A program made the position numbers and the translations under genes. Positions 1-10,335 of a DNA stretch of 64,000 nt are shown piece by piece. Each line of letters starts with the position of its first letter. Position 1 is the stretch's first letter. Below the pieces are notes generated by a model. The model saw only the letters and a list, made by a program, of their open reading frames with translations. It was not told the DNA's origin and made no database searches. Source of the stretch: a virus (Duplodnaviria; Caudoviricetes); IMG/VR virus record IMGVR_UViG_3300031555_004294, positions 235,071 to 299,070 of that record; one strand, given 5' to 3'.

Positions 1-45
1 TCTGATAAAATTAGTGCAAGTACTCTTTTTAAAACTAAACCTAAT

Positions 46-654
46 TTGAGTGAGGATTTTTGCAAAAAGTATATTTCCAGATATAGAGACGATGTGGAAT
101 CTTGGGGTTACAGAAATGTATCTGTAGAAATGCTTAAATGGAACAAAAATTTGACAACTGACTTCATGGAAGAAATTTTCCAAGATATGTGTAGTATGGA
201 TGATGAATACAATCATCGTAAACCTTATATTGCTGAAGCAATTGTAGATGGAAAACAACCAATTACAACATCACAGTATGTCAAGTATATTGAAGGTGAA
301 CTTGACGGAGCATTTTCTAAATTTAAGAAATTTGCAGTTTTAGTAAATCCTAGAAATAACTTTTCTGAAAAGTTTATAAGAGAACACAAACGAGATTTCA
401 ACCAAGTTAGTTTCCTTGGTACAGATCAAGTAAAGGAACTTTTAGCATTTACAGAGAATCCAATATCTGAAAATGCGTTAAGAATTTTTAAGGCAAAGAT
501 CGACTATGTTCATCTGCTTAACAAACTAACCAGACCTGAGCTTCTTGATAGTATGGTTAAAGTTTGTAAGAAAGAACTTTTTGATGTTATGATTAAAAAA
601 TCAGGTGATCTAAAAAATCAAAATAACTTAGACTATCTGAAACGCATAATGTAA
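46..654 (+). CDS. Hypothetical protein with degenerate LSE(D/K)FIRE-type repeats; probably 5'-truncated by the window edge
   Basis: Motifs LSEDFCKKY, LTTDFMEE and FSEKFIREH resemble the repeats of the 48055-49088 family. Confidence 0.5.
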   Translation: MSEDFCKKYISRYRDDVESWGYRNVSVEMLKWNKNLTTDFMEEIFQDMCSMDDEYNHRKPYIAEAIVDGKQPITTSQYVKYIEGELDGAFSKFKKFAVLVNPRNNFSEKFIREHKRDFNQVSFLGTDQVKELLAFTENPISENALRIFKAKIDYVHLLNKLTRPELLDSMVKVCKKELFDVMIKKSGDLKNQNNLDYLKRIM

Positions 655-657
655 TCT

Positions 658-685
658 GTATTTTAAAGAAGTTGAAGTATATATT
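658..685 (+). promoter_or_regulatory. Putative early phage promoter GTATTTT-N13-TATATATT
   Basis: The same bipartite motif with exact 13-nt spacing occurs at 34085, 43474, 45707, 46516 (+) and about 30013-30040 (-), each upstream of an operon. Confidence 0.6.
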
Positions 686-747
686 TTAACTGTGAATTAG
701 AACTTAAAACATTCTACTAATCTTTATTTACACAAAGGAGAAATAAC

Positions 748-1224
748 ATGAAGTCCTATCTCGAAACAAAGAAGATCATTGAGAAAATTGAATCATTGGT
801 AAAAAAGTATGACATTGACAATGAAGATTTTAAACAAGACTTGTTCTTAATGTTATGGACTGAAAAAGATAACATTGAGTCTGAGTCTTCTTTAAATGAT
901 TTTCTTTCCAAGCGTATCTTTGCAGAAATTGAGAAAGAAGAAACCAATGACATTGAAATTGTGTCACTTGATAAGGAAATTCTAGATAATTCGCAAAGAA
1001 GAATTAATAACCGCATTGGGTTGAAATATGACATACACAGTGTTCTTATAGATTCTTTAACTCCAGACGAAAGATGTATCATAGAGGAAGTTTTTGGTAT
1101 AAAACAACATTCTGCAGCTGAACTTGATCACTTACTATCCACATATCATGTTACAGAACTTTTAAACAGAGCAATGGAGAAATTAAGAAATCCTAAATAC
1201 GTGTTCTTAAAGGAATACATGTAA
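748..1224 (+). CDS. Sigma-70 region-4-like protein
   Basis: C-terminal LTPDERCIIEEVFGI...RAMEKLRNP resembles sigma region 4; RBS AAAGGAG. Confidence 0.5.
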   Translation: MKSYLETKKIIEKIESLVKKYDIDNEDFKQDLFLMLWTEKDNIESESSLNDFLSKRIFAEIEKEETNDIEIVSLDKEILDNSQRRINNRIGLKYDIHSVLIDSLTPDERCIIEEVFGIKQHSAAELDHLLSTYHVTELLNRAMEKLRNPKYVFLKEYM

Positions 1225-1231
1225 GTATAAT

Positions 1232-1642
1232 ATGGAAAATGGCAATAATAAATTCTTTCAAGAAGCAAAAGATGTAGCAAAACTCTCAACTTTCTATAAA
1301 TGTCATACTGGATGTGTTATTGTATATAAGAATCGCATAATCTCATCTGGTTGTAATTCTACTAAAACACATCCTTTACAAAGAAAGTACAACAAAGAAC
1401 GATTTGATGATGACAATACACCGCATTATATGCATGCAGAGGTACAAGCTCTAACCAATCTGATAAATGACGATTCTATAAAATGGAAGAAAGTTCATAT
1501 ATACAACTATCGGATATCTAAAAATAAATATGCAATTTCAAGACCATGTGCTTCTTGCATGGCATTGATTAAACATCTTGGAATCCATCATTTGCATTAC
1601 ACAACAAATGATGGATTTACATATGAGTTTTTAGACTATTAA
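1232..1642 (+). CDS. CMP/dCMP-type zinc deaminase
   Basis: HAE and PCASC zinc motifs; N-terminal HTGCVIV. Confidence 0.85.
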   Translation: MENGNNKFFQEAKDVAKLSTFYKCHTGCVIVYKNRIISSGCNSTKTHPLQRKYNKERFDDDNTPHYMHAEVQALTNLINDDSIKWKKVHIYNYRISKNKYAISRPCASCMALIKHLGIHHLHYTTNDGFTYEFLDY

Positions 1643-1667
1643 AAATAGAAATATAAATTCCTCCTTC

Positions 1668-1679
1668 AACAAAATATTA
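1668..1679 (+). promoter_or_regulatory. Putative late promoter AACA-N6-TA (AR9 nvRNAP type)
   Basis: The same motif lies upstream of genes at 5464, 14900, 49164, 58281, 58935, 60722, 62987 (+) and 12704, 18407, 19859, 20579, 23247, 54786, 58240 (-). Confidence 0.7.
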
Positions 1680-1707
1680 TAATCTTCGTTGTAAGGGGGT
1701 ATTATAA

Positions 1708-1965
1708 ATGTGTTACGATAGTATAAATGACAGAATTCATGCTGAAGCAGAATACATTGTCGTACATAAAGCAACTGTTAGAGAAGCAGCTAGGGTATTT
1801 GGATTAAGTAAATCAACTATTTTTGTAGATGTAACCGACAGGTTATATTGGTTGGACTATGATTTATATAATCAGGTTAAGTTAGCACTCCAGTATAATA
1901 AAAACATGCGTGCTATAAGAGGTGGTTTAGCTACCAAATATAAGTATGCTAGTATGAAGAAATAA
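1708..1965 (+). CDS. spoIIID: Stage III sporulation protein D homologue (HTH regulator)
   Basis: TVREAARVFGLSKSTIFVDVTDRL...RAIRGGLATKYKY matches the SpoIIID signature (TVR.IAK.FGVSKSTVHKDLTERL...RH.RGGEATK.KY). Confidence 0.9.
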   Translation: MCYDSINDRIHAEAEYIVVHKATVREAARVFGLSKSTIFVDVTDRLYWLDYDLYNQVKLALQYNKNMRAIRGGLATKYKYASMKK

Positions 1966-1970
1966 AATTA

Positions 1971-2012
1971 AAATAGGAATTCTTGTTATGGGAATTCCTA
2001 TTTTTTTTTTTT
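1971..2012 (+). terminator. Rho-independent terminator
   Basis: AATAGGAATTC/GAATTCCTATT stem followed by a long T run. Confidence 0.8.
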
Positions 2013-2075
2013 GTTAAATTTACTTTCAAATATATATAATGATTGTGTAAAATAATAAAAAGGAAATAACCATTT

Positions 2076-2399
2076 ATGTTACTTTTTAAAAAATTGAAAG
2101 AAAGAAAGTTTAGACAGAAACAGATAGAATTTGAGTTTAGATTAAATTCTTTGGAAAGTTTAAAACGTAGTATAGAGCATGCTAGAGAAATAGGTGTTAC
2201 GGATTTTTATATAGAATTAACAAGGCCTAGTAATGTTAATGCAATTTGGACTGCTAGGACTGTATATTACCATGCTGGAGTTAAAAATATAAAGGAAAAA
2301 GAAATTGAAAAATGTATTAAAAAATGGTTAAAAGAAGAAAAATATAAAAAAATAAAAACTTTTAAAGATCCATACGTAATATACATACGTCTTAAGTAA
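2076..2399 (+). CDS. Hypothetical protein, paralogue of 2677-3063
   Basis: Shared N-terminus (RQKQIEFEFRLNSLESLKRSIEH vs RRKQVKFDLELLCLDDLRKALEH). Confidence 0.6.
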   Translation: MLLFKKLKERKFRQKQIEFEFRLNSLESLKRSIEHAREIGVTDFYIELTRPSNVNAIWTARTVYYHAGVKNIKEKEIEKCIKKWLKEEKYKKIKTFKDPYVIYIRLK

Positions 2400-2419
2400 T
2401 AAAGGAGATAAAAATTTTT

Positions 2420-2680
2420 ATGAGTTTATATGACGATTATCGTGCAGACATCCAATTTAGTAGAGATTTCCCATTTGGTATGCCGTCAGATACTTGGACC
2501 ACTAAAGATGGTATAAAAATTAAATTAGCTGACATGACAGAGAAACATATAAAAAACTGTATGAAACTAGTTGGTGAAGATGATGATTGGTATTGGAAGT
2601 TTGAAGAAGAATTAAAAAGAAGAGGTAAACACTCTAGAAAGATTGTAATAAAACGAAAGGGCTATTCTGATATAAAATGA
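2420..2680 (+). CDS. Hypothetical phage protein
   Basis: ORF with RBS AAAGGAG; WTTKDG...DMTEKHIKN motif. Confidence 0.6.
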   Translation: MSLYDDYRADIQFSRDFPFGMPSDTWTTKDGIKIKLADMTEKHIKNCMKLVGEDDDWYWKFEEELKRRGKHSRKIVIKRKGYSDIK

Positions 2681-3063
2681 TTAAGAGATTGATTCAAAAG
2701 AAAAAAGAAAAAGAACTTAGAAGGAAACAAGTTAAATTTGATCTTGAATTACTTTGTTTAGATGATTTACGTAAAGCATTAGAACATAGTATGAGTAGAA
2801 CAGATATTACTCTTCACCACTATAATATTGGAATTGGAGTTAGAGGAGGTATATATCACGACATTACATTGTACGATTATACTATTTACCATCAGAATAT
2901 AACTGATTCAACATATGTAATAGAACGATGGTTAAAACAAAATGGTTATGTTTATCGTTCTATAAGATATTTTCACTATAATGTCATAGAAGTAGACTTA
3001 ATTAAAACTAGAAAAAATATTATAAAAACAGAAAGAAAGGGATTGAAGAATGGCAGAAACTAA
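2677..3063 (+). CDS. Hypothetical protein, paralogue of 2076-2399
   Basis: ATGA overlap with the upstream gene; shared N-terminus. Confidence 0.6.
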   Translation: MIKRLIQKKKEKELRRKQVKFDLELLCLDDLRKALEHSMSRTDITLHHYNIGIGVRGGIYHDITLYDYTIYHQNITDSTYVIERWLKQNGYVYRSIRYFHYNVIEVDLIKTRKNIIKTERKGLKNGRN

Positions 3064-5401
3064 GAAAAATCTAACTTATAACGAGGATAGTATTAAAGTA
3101 CAGCAATATCCTGATAACGTAAGATCCAATCCAACTGTCTACATTAGTAGCTTAGGTAAAGAAGGAAATTCACACCTTTTAAGAGAGGTAATTGATAACT
3201 CTATCGACGAATTCTTGAATGGATTTGGAGAAACAATTACAATTGAAGTTTCTAATAAAAATGGAGTCTTCAGAGTAATAGATGAGGGACGTGGTGTTCC
3301 TGCAAAGTCTATAGAAAAGGCATTTACTACGCTTCATGCTTCAGGAAAATTTGATAAGAACAGTTATAGTACATCAGGTGGTCAGCATGGTCTTGGCAGT
3401 ACTTGCGTTAACGCACTTAGTAAATATTTCCTTGTTATTACACATGAGAATGGTCATGAATACTCTCAGAGATTTGAGTATGGTAAGAAAGTTACTGAAT
3501 TGAAAGATCTAGGTAAATCTACTAAGAAGGGTACTATAGTAGAATTTGCCCCTGATGAGTCAGTAATGGAAGTAAACCAGATTGATTTAGAGTCCATTAA
3601 AGAAGAATGTAAGATGAAGTCCTTTATCAACAGTGGACTTACATTAATTATCAAAGATCTTGATGAAAAGAAACAGTCAAAGTATTATCATAAGGATGGT
3701 TTAAAGGAATTTGTAGAGCTTAATGCACCAAAGGCTCTGTTCGTTCCTATTACATTTGCTACTAGTTCTACTGTAAGCAAAGCTAATAAGGAACTGAATG
3801 TAGAAATTGAATGTTCTTTCACATACAATAACTCCACAGATCCTATCAATATTAAATCCTTCTGTAACTCTATCTATACCAGTGATGGTGGTACTCATGA
3901 AACTGGATTTAAGATGGCTTTGACAAATTTAGTTAAGAAATACATTACAGATAACAATCTACTTTCTAAGAAAGATGAAAAGTTAGAAATTACTGGTGAT
4001 GCAGTACAGGAAGGTGTAGTTGCAGTTGTATCAATTAAACATCCTCATCCTATGTACGATCAACAATCTAAAAAGAAACTTAATTCTACTGAGGTTTCTG
4101 GTGCAGTAATGAAGGCTGTTAATACTGAATTTGGTAAGTGGATTGAAACTCATACTAAAGAGATGAAAACAATCTGCAATAAAGTCATTGAGTCTGCTAA
4201 AGCAAATTCTGCTGCTAAGAGAGCTAAAGAGCTGGCAAATAAGAAATCTGAAAGTGGAATTACTGCAGTGTCTGACTTATCAAAGTTAGCAAACTGTATT
4301 TCTAAAAAGCCTGAAGAATGTGAACTCTTTGTAGTAGAGGGAAATTCTGCAAGTTCATCTGCTAAGAATGGTAGAGACAAGAACATTCAAGCTGTGTATG
4401 CATTAAGAGGTAAAATTCTTAATACTAATAACTTAGCTGAAGGTAAAATCTTTGAAAATAAAGAACTTTCAGATTTAATCTACATTTTGACTGGTAAGAA
4501 AACTGCAATTGGTAAGAACTTCAATATCGAAGATATGAAGTATCATAAACTTGTAGTATTAACTGACGCGGACGACGATGGATTACACATAGCAAGTCTT
4601 ATCTTAGGATTTGTATATAGACACGCAAAGCCTATTTTGGATGCAGGTTATATGTATATTGCAATGCCTCCCCTTTACTCCATTGTAGAAAGAAATAAGA
4701 AGAGATATTTCCTCAATCAAGAAGAGTATGATGCTTACATTGATGAGAAGATTTTTGAAACTTATACTTTCACAGAGGATGGAGTTGTTTATGGTAAGGG
4801 TAAAGTAAGAACTAGATTAAAGCAGTTTGAAAACTACAAGAAACAGGTTACTAAACTTGCAATTGACAATGCTATGAATGTTAATTTAATTGATGATGTT
4901 TGTCGTTTCTTAAGAAAAAATGAAAAAGCTGACAGTAAAGCAATTATGACATTCATTAAGTCTATTGGAGATTTTGAAATCTTCAAGAATGAGGAAGGTA
5001 ATACTGAACTTAATGGACTTTACAATGATACATTTGTAAATGCAGTTGTTAAAGATTTGGTTAAAGTTGCTAAGAAAGCTAAGGAACTTCTAAACGAATT
5101 TCCTAAGTCATTTAAAATTGGTGATGATGAAATTAGTATCATGAACTATGAAGCTATGTATCAGCAGGTTACACCTAAATCTAGAAGTCGCTTTAAGGGA
5201 CTTGGCGAAATGGATGCTAGTGAACTTTGGGAAACTACCCTTGATCCTTCAGTAAGAAACATCATGCAAGTAGTTCTTTCTGATGATGAAAAGACTGATG
5301 ATGTTATGGATACCTTATTAAATTCCAATAGCAAATATGCAGATAAGCGTAAGGTATTTTTAATGAAGAATCAACAAAAGATCAAAGAACTAGAGATTTA
5401 A
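3050..5401 (+). CDS. gyrB: DNA gyrase / type IIA topoisomerase subunit B
   Basis: GHKL motifs EVIDNSIDE, DEGRGVP, HASGKF, GQHGLG; TOPRIM motifs EGNSA, LRGKILN, DADDDG; RFKGLGEM. Confidence 0.95.
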   Translation: MAETKKNLTYNEDSIKVQQYPDNVRSNPTVYISSLGKEGNSHLLREVIDNSIDEFLNGFGETITIEVSNKNGVFRVIDEGRGVPAKSIEKAFTTLHASGKFDKNSYSTSGGQHGLGSTCVNALSKYFLVITHENGHEYSQRFEYGKKVTELKDLGKSTKKGTIVEFAPDESVMEVNQIDLESIKEECKMKSFINSGLTLIIKDLDEKKQSKYYHKDGLKEFVELNAPKALFVPITFATSSTVSKANKELNVEIECSFTYNNSTDPINIKSFCNSIYTSDGGTHETGFKMALTNLVKKYITDNNLLSKKDEKLEITGDAVQEGVVAVVSIKHPHPMYDQQSKKKLNSTEVSGAVMKAVNTEFGKWIETHTKEMKTICNKVIESAKANSAAKRAKELANKKSESGITAVSDLSKLANCISKKPEECELFVVEGNSASSSAKNGRDKNIQAVYALRGKILNTNNLAEGKIFENKELSDLIYILTGKKTAIGKNFNIEDMKYHKLVVLTDADDDGLHIASLILGFVYRHAKPILDAGYMYIAMPPLYSIVERNKKRYFLNQEEYDAYIDEKIFETYTFTEDGVVYGKGKVRTRLKQFENYKKQVTKLAIDNAMNVNLIDDVCRFLRKNEKADSKAIMTFIKSIGDFEIFKNEEGNTELNGLYNDTFVNAVVKDLVKVAKKAKELLNEFPKSFKIGDDEISIMNYEAMYQQVTPKSRSRFKGLGEMDASELWETTLDPSVRNIMQVVLSDDEKTDDVMDTLLNSNSKYADKRKVFLMKNQQKIKELEI

Positions 5402-5504
5402 AACTACAAGAGAGAATGTATTAATTTACATTCTCTCTTTTTTTCTTGTTAAATCATAAAACCAACATTTTTATATAAGAATTTTACAAAAGGAGAACTA
5501 TACT

Positions 5505-5855
5505 ATGGCACAGGTTACAATTGATGCTACTAATAACAATAAAACGACAAATGTTAGAAAAAATGTAAATCCAAAGTATGATCAAACGATCACTGCACTT
5601 AAAAAGTGGACTATCGAGAATTTTTATTTTAACAACAATACAGTTCACTATTTACACCCTGAAACACAATATACTACACAGTTAAGCACATCAATTAAAT
5701 GCAATGAAGTGGTATATAAAAAGTCTGAATTTGATACTGCGTTATCTCATCTGATGTATATTTGTATCGTAGTTGGTAAGACTATGGAAGAAACAGAAAG
5801 AATTGCAGCTATCGAAGAATTATGTCAGTCAGTAAATGACGAATCTGAACTATGA
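5505..5855 (+). CDS. Hypothetical protein (late promoter upstream)
   Basis: RBS AAAGGAG; AACA-N6-TA at 5464. Confidence 0.6.
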   Translation: MAQVTIDATNNNKTTNVRKNVNPKYDQTITALKKWTIENFYFNNNTVHYLHPETQYTTQLSTSIKCNEVVYKKSEFDTALSHLMYICIVVGKTMEETERIAAIEELCQSVNDESEL

Positions 5856-5964
5856 ATCCCATCCCTAAGATGGAATAGAACGAGAAAACGTAAGAAATTT
5901 TAAATTTTCATTAACTTCTAATCTCCTTTTTATCTATATATTATGTCTTGGTAACTAAAAATAT

Positions 5965-6435
5965 TTGATTCATCAGGAGGTTTCTAAAAATAATATGTAC
6001 AGTTTTGGAAAAGAAGTAAGGGATTTAAAAGAAGCAGAAAAAATTGCTATTGAAATGATTGAGAAAGGAAAGTTTAATAACTTTCTAAAAAAGGCAAAAA
6101 TAAATAAAGTATTCTTAATTGACAACATTACGGTAGCTGAATGTTTTACATTAGGAATTGACTACGATATTTTTCTAGAAGATTGTTTTGATAGTAAAAC
6201 ACAACAGACAGTTATTGATGAAATTAAAAAACGAGAAAGCTATGCAGATAATTCACTAATTGTAGGAAATAGCTCAATGTATTTAGAAGATTCAGATGAT
6301 TTGTTATTTGGATTCTTTTTATGTAGTGACGCTTTTTCTAAAACTAATAGTGATAAAATACTTCTTTTAGCTATAGGATTTGCTTTAGGTGAAGATATTG
6401 CTGAAGCAATCAAACAATTTGTAATCGTAAAGTAA
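5965..6435 (+). CDS. Hypothetical protein
   Basis: ORF track; start probably at the later ATG (MYSF) behind AGGAGG. Confidence 0.55.
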   Translation: MIHQEVSKNNMYSFGKEVRDLKEAEKIAIEMIEKGKFNNFLKKAKINKVFLIDNITVAECFTLGIDYDIFLEDCFDSKTQQTVIDEIKKRESYADNSLIVGNSSMYLEDSDDLLFGFFLCSDAFSKTNSDKILLLAIGFALGEDIAEAIKQFVIVK

Positions 6436-6507
6436 AATTTTAAAAGAGAATGTTTTATTGAGAAACATTCTCTTTTATCTATTGCTAGATAAGGAGGAAA
6501 GTATGTT

Positions 6508-6798
6508 ATGAACAATGGAAAGTATTTCATAATCGAGATTGAAGAGATCTTACAAAAACTAGTTGTAGTTAAAGTTCCACCAAATAGTGATGAACATGAA
6601 GCTATAAGAAGAGCTAAAGAAAACTATAAACATGGATTTTTTAAGTTAGGTTTAGATGACTTAAAAGAAGTCAACTATAATGTTTTTGAGTATAACCATC
6701 CTGATGAAGTACAAGAATTAATAGAAAAAGCAATGTTAGAAGAAGAAAATGAAGATGAATTTAAAGAGTACTTAGAAATTTGTAATTCTGATTTTTAG
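6508..6798 (+). CDS. DpnD/PcfM-like small protein
   Basis: IEIEEILQKLVVV...A...Y..G..KL...DLKEVNY pattern. Confidence 0.45.
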   Translation: MNNGKYFIIEIEEILQKLVVVKVPPNSDEHEAIRRAKENYKHGFFKLGLDDLKEVNYNVFEYNHPDEVQELIEKAMLEEENEDEFKEYLEICNSDF

Positions 6799-6809
6799 GA
6801 GTACAAAAA

Positions 6810-7103
6810 ATGAAAGAACTAAAATTTGTTGTAAAACTTAATGATAAAACTTATAACTCTTGGGCGTTTGTAGATAAAGAAATCAAAGAAGTAACTGGTA
6901 AATATAGCTTTTTTGGTGAACAAGAATGTTTTGAAAGTATAGAAGAAGCAAGTCTTTTTATTAAAGACGTGTTATATACTCCTAGAATTAATAGATGGAG
7001 ACCAGAAGTTGATGAAACTTGGTTTGAAATTGTACCAGTTTATTTTTCAAAAGATTTTAAGAGATATGTAACAAAAGAAATATTAGAAGAGGAGAATAAA
7101 TAA
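6810..7103 (+). CDS. Hypothetical protein
   Basis: ORF with RBS, coupled to gyrA (TAATG). Confidence 0.55.
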   Translation: MKELKFVVKLNDKTYNSWAFVDKEIKEVTGKYSFFGEQECFESIEEASLFIKDVLYTPRINRWRPEVDETWFEIVPVYFSKDFKRYVTKEILEEENK

Positions 7104-9607
7104 TGGCAGAAAATATAATCAAGAAAGATATAATTGACATACAAGAAGATAATATGTTACAGTACATGTTATCACTGATGTATGACAGAGCTATTCCAGA
7201 TATTAGAGATGGATTAAAACCCGTTCAAAAATATGCCATCTGGGAATGTTATACTAGTGGATACCTTCCAAATAAACCTCATGTAAAATGTGCTAAGATT
7301 GTAGGTTCTATTATTGGTTCTTGGAGTCCTCATGGTGATACAAGTGCTTATGATGCGTTGTGTCGATTAGCTCAAGATCATTCCATGTCAATTCCACCAA
7401 TTGACTTTCATGGTCAGTGTGGATCTATTGATGGATCAGGTGCAGCAGCATATCGTTATACCGAAGCAAGACTTAGTAAATATGGTCTTGATTTAATGCA
7501 AGAAATTGATAAAGATGCAGTTGACTTTGAAAAGAACTTTGATGTGTCTAAAGATCAACCTACTGTTCTACCAGTTGTCATTCCAAATATCCTTGTCAAT
7601 AGTTCAATGGGTATTGCTGGCGGATATGCTAGTAGTATTCCTCCACACAATATTAAAGATATCTGTAATGTAGTCATTGAATTAATTGACAATCCAAATA
7701 TGTCAGTTAAAGAAATTGCACATAAACTAACACCAGACTTTCCTACAGGTGGTATACTTTGTTCTAAGAAGGATATTGAGAAAGCATACATTACTGGACA
7801 AGGTTCAGTTAAACTTCGTGGTAGAGCAAATATAGTGAGAAATAAGAATGGAACATCAGAAATTGTAATTACTGAAATTCCATATATGACTACTATTGGT
7901 CCTCGTATGTCAGGTACATCAACCAATACAGATGGTGGCTTAATCAATTCTATAGTCGCTAAGATTAAAGATGGAACTATTGAGGGTATAAAGGACATTC
8001 ATGACGTTTCTGATAAGAATGGTCTTTGTATTAAAGTTTTCATCAAAAAAGACTATGATCCTGATATTATTCTTAATCAGCTGTATAAATTCACTCAGTT
8101 AGAGTCTACCTATAAAATTATTCTTGTTTGTAAAAATGGAAATGACTTCAATGTTTACAATATTAAGAAAATTTTAACTGAATGGTTAGAATTTAGAGCA
8201 ACTACAATCAGACGTATTATAGCTCATGACATTAAAAAGGCTAAATATAGAGAACATATCTTAGAAGGTTTATTAAAGGCTCTCAAAGATATCGATACTG
8301 TTATCAGTATTATCAGGAAAGCTAAAGGCAGAACTGAAGCTAAAGAAAAGTTAGTTGAAAAATATGGTTTTACTGATCTCCAAGTAGAAGCAATACTTGA
8401 TATGAAACTGTCTCAACTTAATTCTCTTGATGGTAAAAAACTTGAAGATGAAAGAGTAAGCAAACAGAATGAAATTATAACTCTAAAAACTAATCTGAAA
8501 GAAGAAAACATCTATAACAGAATTAAGGAAGAACAAAAAGAGTTTGCTAAGAAATATGGTAAAGATAGAAAAACTACTGTAGAAGAAATTGATACTGAAA
8601 TTACAACTGAGGATATTATTGCTGATGAAGATACACTTATTGTGGTAACTCAAGATAACTATATCAAGAGAGTTTCTAATGAGTTCAAAACTCAGAAACG
8701 TGGTACTCAAGGTATTTCTATTGGATCTAACAGTATAACTGAAATGTTTGCAGCTTCTACTAAAGACCATTTACTTTGTTTTACTAATACTGGTCGTGTA
8801 TATGATCTCAAAGCTTATGATATCAAAGAATCTAAAGATTTGAAAGCTAAGGGATTGAGAGTTGAAAGTTACTTGAATTTGAAAGAGAATGAAACTGTAA
8901 CTAATATTCTTTGCATTAGTAATACACAGATGAATGATAATGAGTCATTTTTAGTATTTGCTACCAGAAACGGAATGATTAAGAAGACTAAACTAGAAGA
9001 TTTTAACAACATTCGTTCTAATGGAATTATTGCGTTGATGTTAAAAGCTAATGATGAGCTAGTTTGTGTTAAGTATATTGACACTAGTAAAGATATGCAA
9101 GACATCTTGATATCTACTAAAAATGCTCAAACTGCCAGATATGATCATGAAGAAATCAAAGAGTTAGGTAGAAACACTTATGGTGTAATTGGACTTTGTT
9201 TAGAAAATGATGATAAGATTACAGACATGACAGTCATAGAAAGTGATGATCAGCTTATCTTCTTTGCTACTAAGCAAGGTTTAGGTAAAACTATTCTAGT
9301 TACAGATAATGTTGAAAAAACAGATCCTAATTCTAAAGAGAAAACAATCATTAATGATGGCTTTCCAAGATTAAAGCGTTCATCTAACATCAAGGGCAGA
9401 TTGTGTATGAAACTTAAAAAAGATGATGAACTTGTATCTATGGTAGCTGTCAATTCTGAAGAAGATGATTTAATGGTAGTAACAAATACTAAACTTTTAG
9501 TAGTTGAATCAGGTGAATTCAGAAAACCTCTAAAAAGACCAACTTATGGTAAGAAACTAGTAAATCTAACAAATGATGACTTTGTAAGGAAGGTTATTAC
9601 AAGATAA
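7103..9607 (+). CDS. gyrA: DNA gyrase subunit A
   Basis: RAIPDIRDGLKPVQ, SPHGDT, catalytic AAAYRYTEARL, GyrA-box-like QKRGTQG, C-terminal pinwheel repeats. Confidence 0.95.
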   Translation: MAENIIKKDIIDIQEDNMLQYMLSLMYDRAIPDIRDGLKPVQKYAIWECYTSGYLPNKPHVKCAKIVGSIIGSWSPHGDTSAYDALCRLAQDHSMSIPPIDFHGQCGSIDGSGAAAYRYTEARLSKYGLDLMQEIDKDAVDFEKNFDVSKDQPTVLPVVIPNILVNSSMGIAGGYASSIPPHNIKDICNVVIELIDNPNMSVKEIAHKLTPDFPTGGILCSKKDIEKAYITGQGSVKLRGRANIVRNKNGTSEIVITEIPYMTTIGPRMSGTSTNTDGGLINSIVAKIKDGTIEGIKDIHDVSDKNGLCIKVFIKKDYDPDIILNQLYKFTQLESTYKIILVCKNGNDFNVYNIKKILTEWLEFRATTIRRIIAHDIKKAKYREHILEGLLKALKDIDTVISIIRKAKGRTEAKEKLVEKYGFTDLQVEAILDMKLSQLNSLDGKKLEDERVSKQNEIITLKTNLKEENIYNRIKEEQKEFAKKYGKDRKTTVEEIDTEITTEDIIADEDTLIVVTQDNYIKRVSNEFKTQKRGTQGISIGSNSITEMFAASTKDHLLCFTNTGRVYDLKAYDIKESKDLKAKGLRVESYLNLKENETVTNILCISNTQMNDNESFLVFATRNGMIKKTKLEDFNNIRSNGIIALMLKANDELVCVKYIDTSKDMQDILISTKNAQTARYDHEEIKELGRNTYGVIGLCLENDDKITDMTVIESDDQLIFFATKQGLGKTILVTDNVEKTDPNSKEKTIINDGFPRLKRSSNIKGRLCMKLKKDDELVSMVAVNSEEDDLMVVTNTKLLVVESGEFRKPLKRPTYGKKLVNLTNDDFVRKVITR

Positions 9608-9691
9608 TTACAATACTCATCTAACTAAAACAAATGATAAAAATGGTTATTTCAAGAATCTAAAATCTTGAAATAACCATTTTAAATTTAA

Positions 9692-10123
9692 TTGGAAGGA
9701 ATATCCAAAATGGAAAAGAAAGTTTTTGATTTAAAGGTAGAAGTCAATTTAAAAGTTACAGAAGACGATATTGAAGATATCATGGTAACAGCTTTAGAAG
9801 GTGGAATTTCTTATTGGGCGTGTCTTGATAATACAAGAGAAGAATGGAAAAATTATGAAAATGATGATGACACACCAACTAGTATTATTGCAACTAAAAT
9901 ACTTCTTGATGGGAAGTCACTTTATTTCAGTGATGTTGAGGATCCTGATGAAATTTGGGAATTAACGTTAGACAAATTAATGATAAGTATTGGAACAATT
10001 ATTTTACATGATGAACATGAGTTGAGTTGTTCAAATAATACTTTAAATTTAGATTGTTTAGATGCATGTCTAGCAGATTCAATCATACAATACGCACTTT
10101 TCAATGAGATAATTTTTGGTTAA
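9692..10123 (+). CDS. Hypothetical protein
   Basis: ALEGGISYW and DACLADSIIQYALFNEIIFG motifs typical of small phage proteins. Confidence 0.6.
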   Translation: MEGISKMEKKVFDLKVEVNLKVTEDDIEDIMVTALEGGISYWACLDNTREEWKNYENDDDTPTSIIATKILLDGKSLYFSDVEDPDEIWELTLDKLMISIGTIILHDEHELSCSNNTLNLDCLDACLADSIIQYALFNEIIFG

Positions 10124-10328
10124 AACTTTTATAATTCTTCTGGAGGAATTAAAAATGAGATGTCCTAAATGTAATGGTGAAGTATTACTTACTGCAACTG
10201 CAACTGATAGTACAGGTGAAGACATTATTCTTCAGTATCATTGCGATTCTTGTAAGACAGAGTTAATAGAAAAAGATATTTTAGATTTGGATGGAACAAA
10301 TTATGACTTAGATGGAATTTTAAGTTGA
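10116..10328 (+). CDS. Small zinc-ribbon protein
   Basis: CPKC...CDSC; probable start MRCPKC behind GGAGG. Confidence 0.55.
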   Translation: MVKTFIILLEELKMRCPKCNGEVLLTATATDSTGEDIILQYHCDSCKTELIEKDILDLDGTNYDLDGILS

Positions 10329-10335
10329 TGGAAAT

